64,000 bases of DNA from Lytechinus pictus. Its lineage: Eukaryota. Below, piece by piece: positions 38,346-48,754 of this stretch (position 1 is the stretch's first letter; each line of letters begins with the position of its first letter). The translations under genes and the position numbers were made by a program. Under the pieces are notes generated by a model. It saw nothing but the letters and a program-made list of their open reading frames with translations. It did no database searches and was not told the origin of the DNA. The stretch lies in NCBI RefSeq assembly GCF_037042905.1, contig NC_087247.1, forward strand, positions 15,500,001 to 15,564,000. The letters run 5' to 3'.

Positions 38346-38615
38346 GGGCCCGTCTTACAAAGAGTTGCAATTGATCTGATCAATCGCAACTATGGAAAGC
38401 CAGCAAAGTCAACATATGAAATGTATGTTTGTTCAAAATATTTTCTAGATATCAATGTATATCCATGAATTCATTGATTTATAGACAATTTGGTGTGTTC
38501 TCCTTTGTTTTCAAAGGACATTTTGCAAATTTCCTGTAAAGAAATTATGGCACTGATGGATTTCCATAGAGTTACGATTGATTGGATCAATCGCAACTCT
38601 TTGTAAGACGCGGCC
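38346..38615. mobile_element. MITE family A, copy 3
   Basis: Same TIRs and body as 5331-5599, opposite orientation. Confidence 0.9.
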
Positions 38616-39478
38616 CTGGAGTAACACTTGAACATAAGTAGGGTTTTCTCGCACTCAGAGGCAATGCACACTTATACATTTTTGAATAATCATTGATTTA
38701 TGATTTAGGTTTATAATTTACGGGATAACTGTTTTTTCGCCTCTTGTAGAAAATGAAATTTGTATTCATTTAAGTATTATATGAATATTTGAAATGATGA
38801 ACAATGGAAGACAAGATATCCACAGATATACATGTAGTTCATCTGGAGAATTTGTGCATTTAATAAAATAATCAATGATGTACATAGTAGATTTTAAATG
38901 AATGAATGTCTCTTGTTTGGCCTCTTCTGAAATACTTCATCGATACTAGGAGGTTATATTGACATTCAAAAAGGGAAGAATAGAAATTTATTGAACTTAT
39001 TTATGATACAAGTCTCCACGAAATGAGCATGTCATATCCTGTTTCCTATTTGAACAAATATTAACACAGTGGTTAGCTGTTAATTTATTTAAAGTCGCCA
39101 AACACAGACCAGTGACCAGAAGTAAATAAAGATTGAATACACATCTTGGTCAATGAACTTGAGGTCAGGCACGTGAAATAATACATTTATATTAAAGAAA
39201 TGGGCCTATATAAGAGAGGAGACTGCACTGTAATAGGTGAAGTTGTTTCTACAGACTTTATGACGGGTTATGAGTACCTTTTTACTTACTGCTGTAATGA
39301 GTATTAAGACATCATGGTAGGCATTTCTACATGTACACTACAGACAATGCAGTCTCTCAGAGATTACACACTCAGCTACATTCAACTAGTATACCTATTA
39401 AAAGTATTATAGCAATTTATATATTTTGAGAAGGAATAATACAAAACATTGACCTACATTATGCAGGGGCGACACCAG

Positions 39479-39613
39479 GGACCCGTTGCATAAAACTTTT
39501 GCCATCAAAAACTCTGGCAATTTTTTTGCCAGAGTTTTTTAATGTACAAGTTTCAATGGCATACTTTTGTTTGCCAGAGGTTTTTTATAGCAAAAACTTT
39601 ATGCAAAGGGTCA
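39479..39613. mobile_element. Short Harbinger-like MITE
   Basis: CAG|ggacccgttgcataaaa...ctttatgcaaagggtca|CAG. Confidence 0.65.
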
Positions 39614-39866
39614 CAGGATGCTTATTGGTCTACTCCAACTTCATCTATGTATCATGTTGTCTCACCACACATGTAATTCATCTACAACCTTAGGGGTGTT
39701 TCACAACAATCTAAGTATGACTATCTGAGAAGTTGAACAACTGCATGCAGAACAAGTAAAATTAATTACATGTAGTTTGATTGATGGGAGAGGGGGGGGG
39801 GTGGGTGCAAGACAAACTTTAGGTGATGTCAACGTTTTCCTCAGTTATGATAAAAACGGGGATATA

Positions 39867-40072
39867 CAGGGGTGCTCAAAAGTTAGTGAACCTCACCAGA
39901 AATTGAAAATATTTAAAGTGTTTAAGTTCTGCCTTGTTTTAGATATTTTATTGTTAATGTGAAGTCAGGTGATAAAATATCACATTCAATAAAGTTTGTT
40001 TTTGTCTAAATTCAACCCGCGGTATGAAGGAGTACAATTTGTGGTGGGGTTCACAAACTTTTGAGCCAGCTG
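39867..40072. mobile_element. Tc1-like MITE
   Basis: TA|CAGGGGTGCTCAAAAGTT...AACTTTTGAGCCAGCTG|TA. Confidence 0.72.
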
Positions 40073-40333
40073 TACATATGGACATGTAAAATTACATTCC
40101 TTTTTTTTTGGTTGAAAAACTATTGGAAGGGGGAGGGGGGGGGGGGTGGGCAGTCAACACTGACTGTTTGTGCTCCTTATTGGGACCAAATGGATTAAAA
40201 CATGTTATGGTTTGTTCTTGCTTTAGAACCTAGTCGTTTTCACTCCATGATTATCGAGAATTCATTTTGTTGTGTAACGACAAGATCGATCATGACTTTA
40301 TTTTGTTTTTCCCTGTGACCTCTCTAACGTTAG

Positions 40334-40498
40334 ATTCTCGTACAGTGATTCCTACTCTATCAATGGATCAGGGTAATGTTGCTTACACCGTTCTTGCTCC
40401 GATGGGGTATGTGTCCGGTTTCTATTCCTCTCTGGAGATCGACATCATCTGGTACATTGAGGCAGAGTCTCATATGAAGGTCCTCTTCATTGTCGATG
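40334..40498 (+). CDS. CUB/LDLa/EGF membrane protein, exon 4 (divergent CUB2 N-half)
   Basis: VLAPMGYVSGFYSSLEIDIIWYIEAESHMKVLFIVD; acgttag acceptor, G|gtaaga donor, phase 1/1. Confidence 0.82.
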
Positions 40499-41026
40499 GT
40501 AAGAGCGAGGTTGAAGGGTAAGGTTTCACAAACTGGGCTGTGTTTTACAAACAGGGTCATGTTTCAAAAAGAGTAACTTAATCATTAAAGAAGCTGGATG
40601 CAACAGTGCCAGGACAAAAGATTTTTAGATCATTGATAAGTTGGAAATAATTCAGAACAAATTTTCAGTCCAGAGGGGTATTACAAATCAAGTTACTGTT
40701 AGATTATTTGTTTTCTGATTTCGAAATGGAAAAAGCAAAAACGAAATATTGAGTGAAAATTAATTATATTTTCAAGATTTAAAACAGATAAACAGTCATT
40801 TTTCAATATTTTGATTGAAGAATGAAATATGTACAAACGGGAAAACAGACAAACGGTTCAATTTTCTGTTTTACTGTTTTTACATATTTTAATTTTTACC
40901 TTTGAAAAACACAAAATTGAATTGAAATATATGTTTCCTTTATCTGTTTGGCCTTCACGAAACAGAAAATTGAGCGCGCCTTCTTGTTTCCTTTTTCCGT
41001 TTGGAAATCAGAAACACAAATTATCA

Positions 41027-41480
41027 GATGATCTTTGTAGGTTTGTATGGTGGAGTTTATAACGTGGATAAGGTTTACAGTTCACCATGTGTAATATGAA
41101 GAAGGGAAGGAAATACAGGCAGAAAGATTGAAATGGAAAGACGAGAAAGGATGAAAAGAGAAAATTAGAAATATTCTTTTCTTGAAAGTGGGTGAAGTCC
41201 TGAAGACGGACAGTCAACCTGCCCGAAACGTCGAGTAACCTCTCTTCACTTCAACCTGTTACTACTCAAACCATCGCTACTCAAGCCGTTTTCAGCTCCT
41301 CAAGCCGTATTCAGCTCATCTCATCTGGTTTACAGTCCTTTTCAGGACTTCACCCACAAGAAAAGAATACTTCTAATTTCCTCTTTTCATCATTTCTTGT
41401 CTTTCCATTTCAATCTTTCTGCCTGTATTTCCTTCCCTTCTTCACATTACACATGGTGAACCGTAAACCTTCTCCACGTT
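41027..41480 (+). mobile_element. Penelope-like insertion with inverted partial LTR
   Basis: ~145-bp inverted repeat (41060-41204 vs 41341-41481); flanking duplication ACAAATTATC; hammerhead-like core. Confidence 0.65.
41191..41240 (+). ncRNA. Putative minimal type I hammerhead ribozyme
   Basis: CTGAAGA (41200-41206), c, GGACAG-tcaac-CTGCCC stem II, GAAA (41225-41228), CG, TC; predicted cleavage after C41232. Confidence 0.55.
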
Positions 41481-43405
41481 ACAAATTATCTGATCGTACC
41501 GCCGTCAAGGTAGGTACAATTAGATAATTCCTTTGGCCAAAACGGAATATTGAAGACTGCTGAAGCTTTTGTAAAAGGGGTGGAGCCAGAAATAAGCACC
41601 TATGGCTGGCCGGCCATGTGAAACCTTGACGTCAGTTTCGGCTTAGCCCATATGATTGCAGTGTGAGTTGGTCGAGTGGGATAGCCTAGGCTAGGGGCTA
41701 TAGTTCTTTGCCATGGCGGCATAGCGCACACGTTGGTGCAGTCAGCATGGCGGCTGGACAAGCCTGGATAATCTACCCCGCCCCCCCTTCAAAAAAATGC
41801 CGCCAAATCAAAGTTTGCGCGCCAGCGAGTAGTCTCTGTTCAACTTTCCTTCATCCTAGATAAAAGTTTGTAGTTTAGGCATAAACCGATGTATGAAAAC
41901 GAAGATGCATATAGAGGAGATGCTACATTTTTGCAGAGCCATAGTTTAAAACCAAGGTGGATAGTACATAATTGTTAACATCAAGGTTTGACAAGGCTGG
42001 CCAGCCATAGGTGGTTAGTTCTGGCTCGCTCCTTTCGCAAAAGCTCTAGCAATCTTCAATATTTCGTTTGGCCATAGGAAAAGGAATCATCTAATCGTAC
42101 CTTGACGGTGATATGATCAGATAATTTGTGTTTCTGATTTCGAAAAGGAAATGAGAAGGTGCGCTCAATTCTCTGTTTCGTGAAGGTGAAACATAAGAAG
42201 TAAACAAGATTTCAATTCAATTTTCTGTTTAATTAATGCCAAACAGAAGAAGGAAATGAGAGTTTCGATTCAATTTTTTTTTCGTGAACACGAAACAGAA
42301 AAAGAAAGAAAAAATTTCAATTCAATTTTTAGTTTTTCAAAGGAAAAACTAAAAATTAAAATATGTAAAAACAGTAAAACAGAAAAATGAACTGTTTTTC
42401 TGTTTCCCCCGTTTTAATGATCATTTTTCTCTTTTAATTTTCGAAAATAGAATCAATTTCCACTCAATATTTTGTTTTTGCTTTTTCTGTTTCAAAATCA
42501 GAAAATCAAATTATCTAACAGTACCTTGATTATAACATGCTGTAAAGAGATACTGTATCAATGTTTATGATTGATTGGAACTACATGGTTTGCCATAAAA
42601 TTTAGTTATGCATTTAACCCTGATAACACGGGAGAGGGGGGGGGGTGGGGCCCTCAATATTTTTTTGTGATTAATCCCTAGGCTTGCGACATTGTTTCCT
42701 CATTCTTTCTCATGCAACTTTTGAGACCAAAGTTACGACCTTTGAGTATACAATTTGAAATGACATGACAATTTTTAAGTGCTTGCCAGACCCTAATTCA
42801 TTCAAAAACGCTATTTCATGTAAAAATCCAATTAATTGAGTTTCATCTTGTTTATGATCAAGATCGTGTCCTTGATGATGCCCATTAAAACCAATAACAA
42901 ACAAGAAGTAAAAAAAGAAACCAAAGACATACACAAATTTAGAAAACTATAAAATACATTTGAAGACAATCTTGATACCATAAGTTTGTCTACAGTGCAT
43001 TTGATCAGAATCCTTCAAAGAGTCTGTAAACAAAATAAAAATTGAAGTTTTAGGGCTTTAATAAATTTAATTAGAGCAAAGGTTTGATTTTTATGCATAA
43101 GTAAACATAATTGATTAGCTGTGAGAATTTGAATGTACACTTTTGTAGATTATGCCATGGATAATGCATGTGCCGATTTTCGTTCAATAGCCAAGATCTT
43201 GGGGGCGGGGTTGAATCAATCTGCATTATCCACCCCTCCAGTCTTGTTGATAGGAATCAAAATAACCCAGCTCTTGGAGATGTGACTTCTATTGACTGAG
43301 CTTGAATTGAGTTTAGTCATTAATACTACATTACACTAATTATAATCATCATATAAAGCATTTTTGATGTATGAAAACCATCCTGTTTTCTTGATCATCC
43401 ACCAG

Positions 43406-43612
43406 ACTTCACCAAGAGCAATGCCGACGACACAAGTTCGTTGGCGATCCATGATGGTTTAACCTCAGAGGCCCCTCCCCTCTATGTAGCACCAGTAGCT
43501 CCTAGAAACCACCATATCAAATCTACACAGGAATATCTGTACGTGAGATGGAAAGGTCGAACGGCCGTGGAGTCGTCCTTTGAAGCATACTTCACGTTCT
43601 TCATTCAAGCAG
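43406..43612 (+). CDS. CUB/LDLa/EGF membrane protein, exon 5 (CUB2 C-half)
   Basis: SLAIHDGLTSEAPPL...IKSTQEYLYVRWKG...SFEAYFTF; ccaccag acceptor, G|gtatat donor, phase 1/1. Confidence 0.87.
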
Positions 43613-43623
43613 GTATATACCAG

Positions 43624-43894
43624 GGCCCCGTCTTACAAAGAGTCGCGATCGATCCGATCAATCGTAACTCTATGGAAATCCACCAGGGTCATAGTTTTTT
43701 CTACAGGAAATTTGCACACTGTCCTTTGTAAACAAAGGAGAACACACAAAATTGTCAAGAAATCAATGAATTCATGGATATACATTCATATCTAGAAAAG
43801 GTTTTGAGCAAACATGCATTTTGTATGTTGACGTTGCTGGCCGTCCATAGTTACGATTGATCGGATCAATCGCAGCTCTTTGTAAGACGGGGCC
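43624..43894. mobile_element. MITE family A, copy 4
   Basis: Same TIRs; CAG on both sides; begins 11 nt into the intron. Confidence 0.9.
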
Positions 43895-44953
43895 CAGATT
43901 CACGCTGCTGATCTGTCCATTCATTCTGAACTAAGTTCCGTTTCATATGGGCCATTCCATCAGGCTGGTGCATACAACATTTCATTTCACTAAGATAAAC
44001 TCAGATGTAGCGTAAGTTGTGGAGTGTCTGGTGATGTAAGGCTCTGACCATCGTAGGTCGTATTTGATTTGAACGTTGTATGGATTTCTTGCAATTCAAC
44101 TGATTTTGCCCCCTTTGTTTCATTGATGTAACATTTATATACCTATGATTGATGGTGTATACGAACAACCTGTCGATGGGGTACAGTGTATGCCCTCATG
44201 TTTCCCTGCAAATCTTTTTTTTTAATTTATGTAGTTATTAAAAGTCATTGCATAACATATAATACACATTATATAAACAAATTTCCAATGTTTGGGAATA
44301 AAACAGATCAATGAAAATTAAAATATATACATGTGATTGAAATTACTTGAAGAGAGGGAAAAAATTGATTATAACAATAATAAGAAGGCAGAGTAAACGA
44401 CATGAAATACACAACAGTATATTAAAAGTGAATAAACCTATGAAACAAGAACCTCGAGAATGAATTGCTTCAAAATCTTATAAGCTTTTGAGGCTCCCAG
44501 GGACAGGAGAAAGAGCAAAGACGGTCATACCGAAAGATGGTTGATGGGCCAGGCCAAGGAATGAGACAATCCGCTGCACCCCCCCCCCCCCCCCCACACA
44601 CACATTCCTCTGCAAATCTTTATAAACCAAGTAATGTCCAATGATGCGTAAACACACCGATTTCAGAGAGGCCATTTTTGGACAGAATTGTTTCCCCATA
44701 ATGGGGTTAATATTCATAAAAAAATAAATCATCTGTAGCTTTAAGGGGGTTTCAGTTTTTTGTCTAACCTGCATAGCAGACTATAGGCGCCGCTTTTCTG
44801 ACAGTGGCAGCGGTGTCAACATAAAATCTTAACCGAAGGTTAAGTTTTTGAAATGAAAGCATAACTTAGAAAGTAGGCCTTGGACGAATGTCATTTTTAC
44901 CATTCAATTATTTCCTGAAAGAACAATCGAATGACTAATAGTAGACCTACTTA

Positions 44954-45576
44954 CTGTAAAAGTGGAAATTTTTGTGGTGTGGAAAGTCAGGATATCGCGG
45001 CAAGATTGGCGAGGGCAAATTTAAAAACACGCAAATTTATGAGCATCTATTTTAACACAAGTTTTGAACAGCGATTCAATTGCGTGTATCATTTTGGCAA
45101 AGAGACTGCATAATTTGACCTAATTTGAATAGCCGCATTTCAGTATTTAAATTATGATTTTTCTTGAAATATAAGTTTCTTTTGTTGTTTGTTTGGTGAG
45201 TGTTTAGATCTGTTTAGTTTTTAAGAAGACATCTTGTCGATCGCCCGGGTTTGTTGATTGATCCTATGCACTTTGAATAGCCCTAATCCCCCCGGTCCTT
45301 ACCCGGTGCTCAGCCGTCCATACCAGACCTACAGCGCCTCCGTTTTGCCTTCCCCCGATGTCCGCCCTGCAAAGGAAAGTTGCGCTACATTGCTGAATTG
45401 TGCCGCTTTAGAGCTAGAATTATGATCAGAAAATAAAATTTTGTTGCTAAAATGTTAATTAAAACCACAGATGGGGAAGAAGGAAGTGACTTTGTTATTA
45501 TGGAGTGTGCAGCGTGAATTCAGAACCCACGAATATGTTTTGAATCCACCAAGCGCGAAAATAACAGCGTTTACAG
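44954..45576. mobile_element. Tigger/pogo-like MITE
   Basis: TA|CTGTAAA..G..ATTTT...AAAATAACAGCGTTTACAG|TA. Confidence 0.65.
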
Positions 45577-47024
45577 TATGACCCCCTAGTGCAGAAATTG
45601 TCCGGCAATGCCACATGTTAAAAATTTAGACAGGGTTCAATTACAGAACGTCTAGGGTAAAGACGGGGGTAAAAAGTATTATTGTCTGTTCCTCATAAAT
45701 GAAAGTAGGCCTTTTGTTCCCCTTCTCTTTGATTTCTATGTCAAAAGAAACTTTATGAAATGAGATTAAAACTAAATGAATCTTTTTTACATCAATGCTT
45801 GTATTGTGCATTCCTCCAAGTGCCACACCCCTGCATATGAATGAATCAGTCCAGGTCATCAGCCTACAGTCTTGCAGTCCAAAAATACAAGTAAACAACT
45901 CATTCATGAAGTACATGTATTCTTTGAGACAGACATGCAGGTGTGCCTTTAACTTCTTGAAAATTTGTACCTCTTGCCCACACCATGCCCCCACCTTGTG
46001 GCACTGCCCATGATGCTACACACTGTACATGGTGTATTTCAAAAAATATTTTGCAAAGTAATTTTCATTTGAAATATCTTTCAAAATTACAAATTTTTAT
46101 CATTTGAACCTAGTATAACCGGGTCTATTTTGGGAGCCTAGTCGAGAACTTGTGCTTAGGTGACGGTGCGTGTCGGAATGTTTAAGGGGCTGGGAAGCTT
46201 CGTTTTGAAACATGAAAGGAAATTCTCCTGCCCGGCTCCGATCCCACCCCTATCTTTCTCTCTCTCTCTCTCACACACACACACACCGAGATGGGAAGGG
46301 GTCAATTTGATTCTGAAGCCATGACATGATAATGGGAACGTATGTGGCTTCTTCTTTGTCTCCCCAAAAGTTTCATTGGCTGTCGAAGGTCCAATCACAT
46401 ATCAGCTCAAGTGAGCTACTCGTGTATGTACTTTCTGTTTTAAGCACGCAGACAACATACATTGTGTATCAAGGGCAAGGTCGGATTAAAATTTCCGGAG
46501 CTCTTTCATTTTTTACAAATTCCCTCAATAACATCATTTTTAAACCTGTATCAAGTATTTAAAAACATTTATTATCATTGTTATCTTGTCATTTTGTTAC
46601 TATTACTTGAGTATTCGAGTGATCCCAAGTGTCTAATCGGGATCTGCCGAACATTCGAACAGTGTGAATTTTACTAATCGATTAGCGATCTGTGGCAAGC
46701 CATTCAAACCATTCTATCAATCGATGTTTACTCCCAGGCCTATTAGAAAGTATATTGACCTAGTTCATGAGACTTGGACATAAGGTTAATGAAGTATTAC
46801 TTAACATCCTGCCTGAGTTTCAGGTCACATGACCAAGGTCAAAAGTCATTTAGGGTCAATTAACGTAGACCATGTTGGGGAAATCAACATCAAAATCTTA
46901 ACCTAAGGTTAAGTTTTTGAAATGTCATCATAACTTCGAAAGTATATGGACCTAGGTGACGAGCGTTGTCAAAATTCAACCCCTCTCCCTACCATTTAGT
47001 TCTGGCGGTGTGCCCAGGCCTTAA

Positions 47025-47619
47025 AGGGGAATCCAGCCTTGGCCATAAAATGTTGTGTTGGGAAGGAGAAAAATAAATTAAACAGAATGGTGAAAGTTTG
47101 AAAGAAATCGGACAAGCGATAAGAAAGTTATAGCTGCTTTAAAATTAAGATCACTAATAGTATGTAGATTTCAAATTGGCAACTGGGTAAGTAAATTATG
47201 ACAAGGGGCAAGGACAACTTTCCCATAGGCCATGTACTTTATTATCAGGGATTTGTGGTTTTCTCCTAAGTACCCATTCCCCTGGGGCAGTAATCTAAAT
47301 ATAACCCAGGTAGTATATTGTTTAATGTCCTCATGAATGAAAAATATAATTTGAAGTAACATTTTTGGGAAAAATGACATTTTAGCCATAATATGTATTG
47401 GAGTACATGGAAGAGTAGTCCTTGCCTTACATCACTATGACATCCCATATGCGGCCAATTTGAAGTCTCCATGAGTATAGTGATTACCAATATTTACAAC
47501 TTTTACAAATTCATAACTTTCTTGTTGCTTGTCCAATATTGTTCAAACTTTCACCTATCAACTTGTCTGATTTTTCTTTTTCTTATGAAAACAAGTTTTT
47601 ATTTGGGTTGGATTCCCCT
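47025..47619. mobile_element. TTAA-flanked Kolobok-like element
   Basis: TTAA|AGGGGAATCCAGCC...GGTTGGATTCCCCT|TTAA; subterminal gaaagttat / ataactttc shared with family C. Confidence 0.85.
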
Positions 47620-47905
47620 TTAAAGTGCAACTCTTGGTCACACCGCACACTTACATCTTTGTGAAACACCCCCCAGATGTACAAAACCAAACGATGTAAT
47701 CACTAGAAATGGAAATAAACAAAGTGAAATGAAAATCTGTGAATGGGCTACATTTCAGATTTATTTGGTGATGGGTTCATGGAGAAATGTGGGCAAAAAA
47801 AAGAGAGATAATTAGCCAAATTATATTCATGATTATTCATGTTGGTAATAATGCCATTAGTGATAATCCATCCTTTGTAACAATGCATTTATGTTTTGAT
47901 TTGAG

Positions 47906-48037
47906 GTGGTGGTATGCAGTGTCCTGGGGATTACTTTCCTTGTGATAATGATCATTGTATATCACAAGGGTTAACCTGCAATATGAGAGACAATTGTGGT
48001 GACAACTCGGATGAAGAATCTACTACAGTTTGTTTGG
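47906..48037 (+). CDS. CUB/LDLa/EGF membrane protein, exon 6 (LDL-receptor class A)
   Basis: CPGDYFPCDNDHCISQGLTCNMRDNCGDNSDE...C; six Cys plus the SDE motif; phase 1/1. Confidence 0.92.
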
Positions 48038-48625
48038 GTAAGACCACTTGTCAATCATTTAATGTAATTTCTAATCAACAGACATTAATATCATTAACAT
48101 ATATTCATCATTTCTCATATGATTTAATTGAAGTAAATGTATATTAGACTGACATTTTGATATTTGCTTGCTATCATAGGAAATTGACATGAAAGAATTA
48201 TTTGTTTTCGTTAGTCGTGATCATTATGTCTGTTGCCTTCTCATTGATATATTTGTCTGAAGGATGTTAATTTACAACTACACTGCACATGAATCTACCA
48301 GCAGGAAGGATGCAGAATGTAGTTTATAGGTACTAAATAGTGATTGACCAAGACACCATCATGTGACTGCTTTGGATTGTTTTATTGACCAGTATAATGT
48401 TACCTTGGTTTGTTAAATTGACAAACAATATCACCCAGGTTGTCCATTGTGTTTGACCGATGAGTATCAAGCAGTAAGAGCTCAACTTGTCGGTGGCATG
48501 TTGGTGATTGCACGCAACTGCATGCTCATTCATTCAGAATGGTCACTTTCTGTACCATACGTGCCAATGTAGATACTGCATGCTTAGTTTTATTTTATTT
48601 TCATTTTTTATTTGTCCATGCCAAG

Positions 48626-48754
48626 CCACAAAGCCGCCCCCTCCTTGTCGACCTTCACCGTGCCTTCATGGAGGCACTTGTTTAAAGTTTGGCACTGGCT
48701 TTGTATGCCTTTGCTCTACGAGGTACGGCGGTGACCTCTGTGAAATTGATAAGA
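48626..48754 (+). CDS. CUB/LDLa/EGF membrane protein, exon 7 (EGF-like 1)
   Basis: CRPSPCLHGGTCLKFGTGFVCLCSTRYGGDLCE; A|gtaagt donor, phase 1/1. Confidence 0.9.

Larger units (their letters stand above)
40687..42531. mobile_element. Foldback-type element with ~500-bp imperfect inverted arms
   Basis: 40687-41026 plus 41481-41630 is inverted at 41980-42531 (tcaagttactgttagat / atctaacagtaccttga). Confidence 0.82.
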
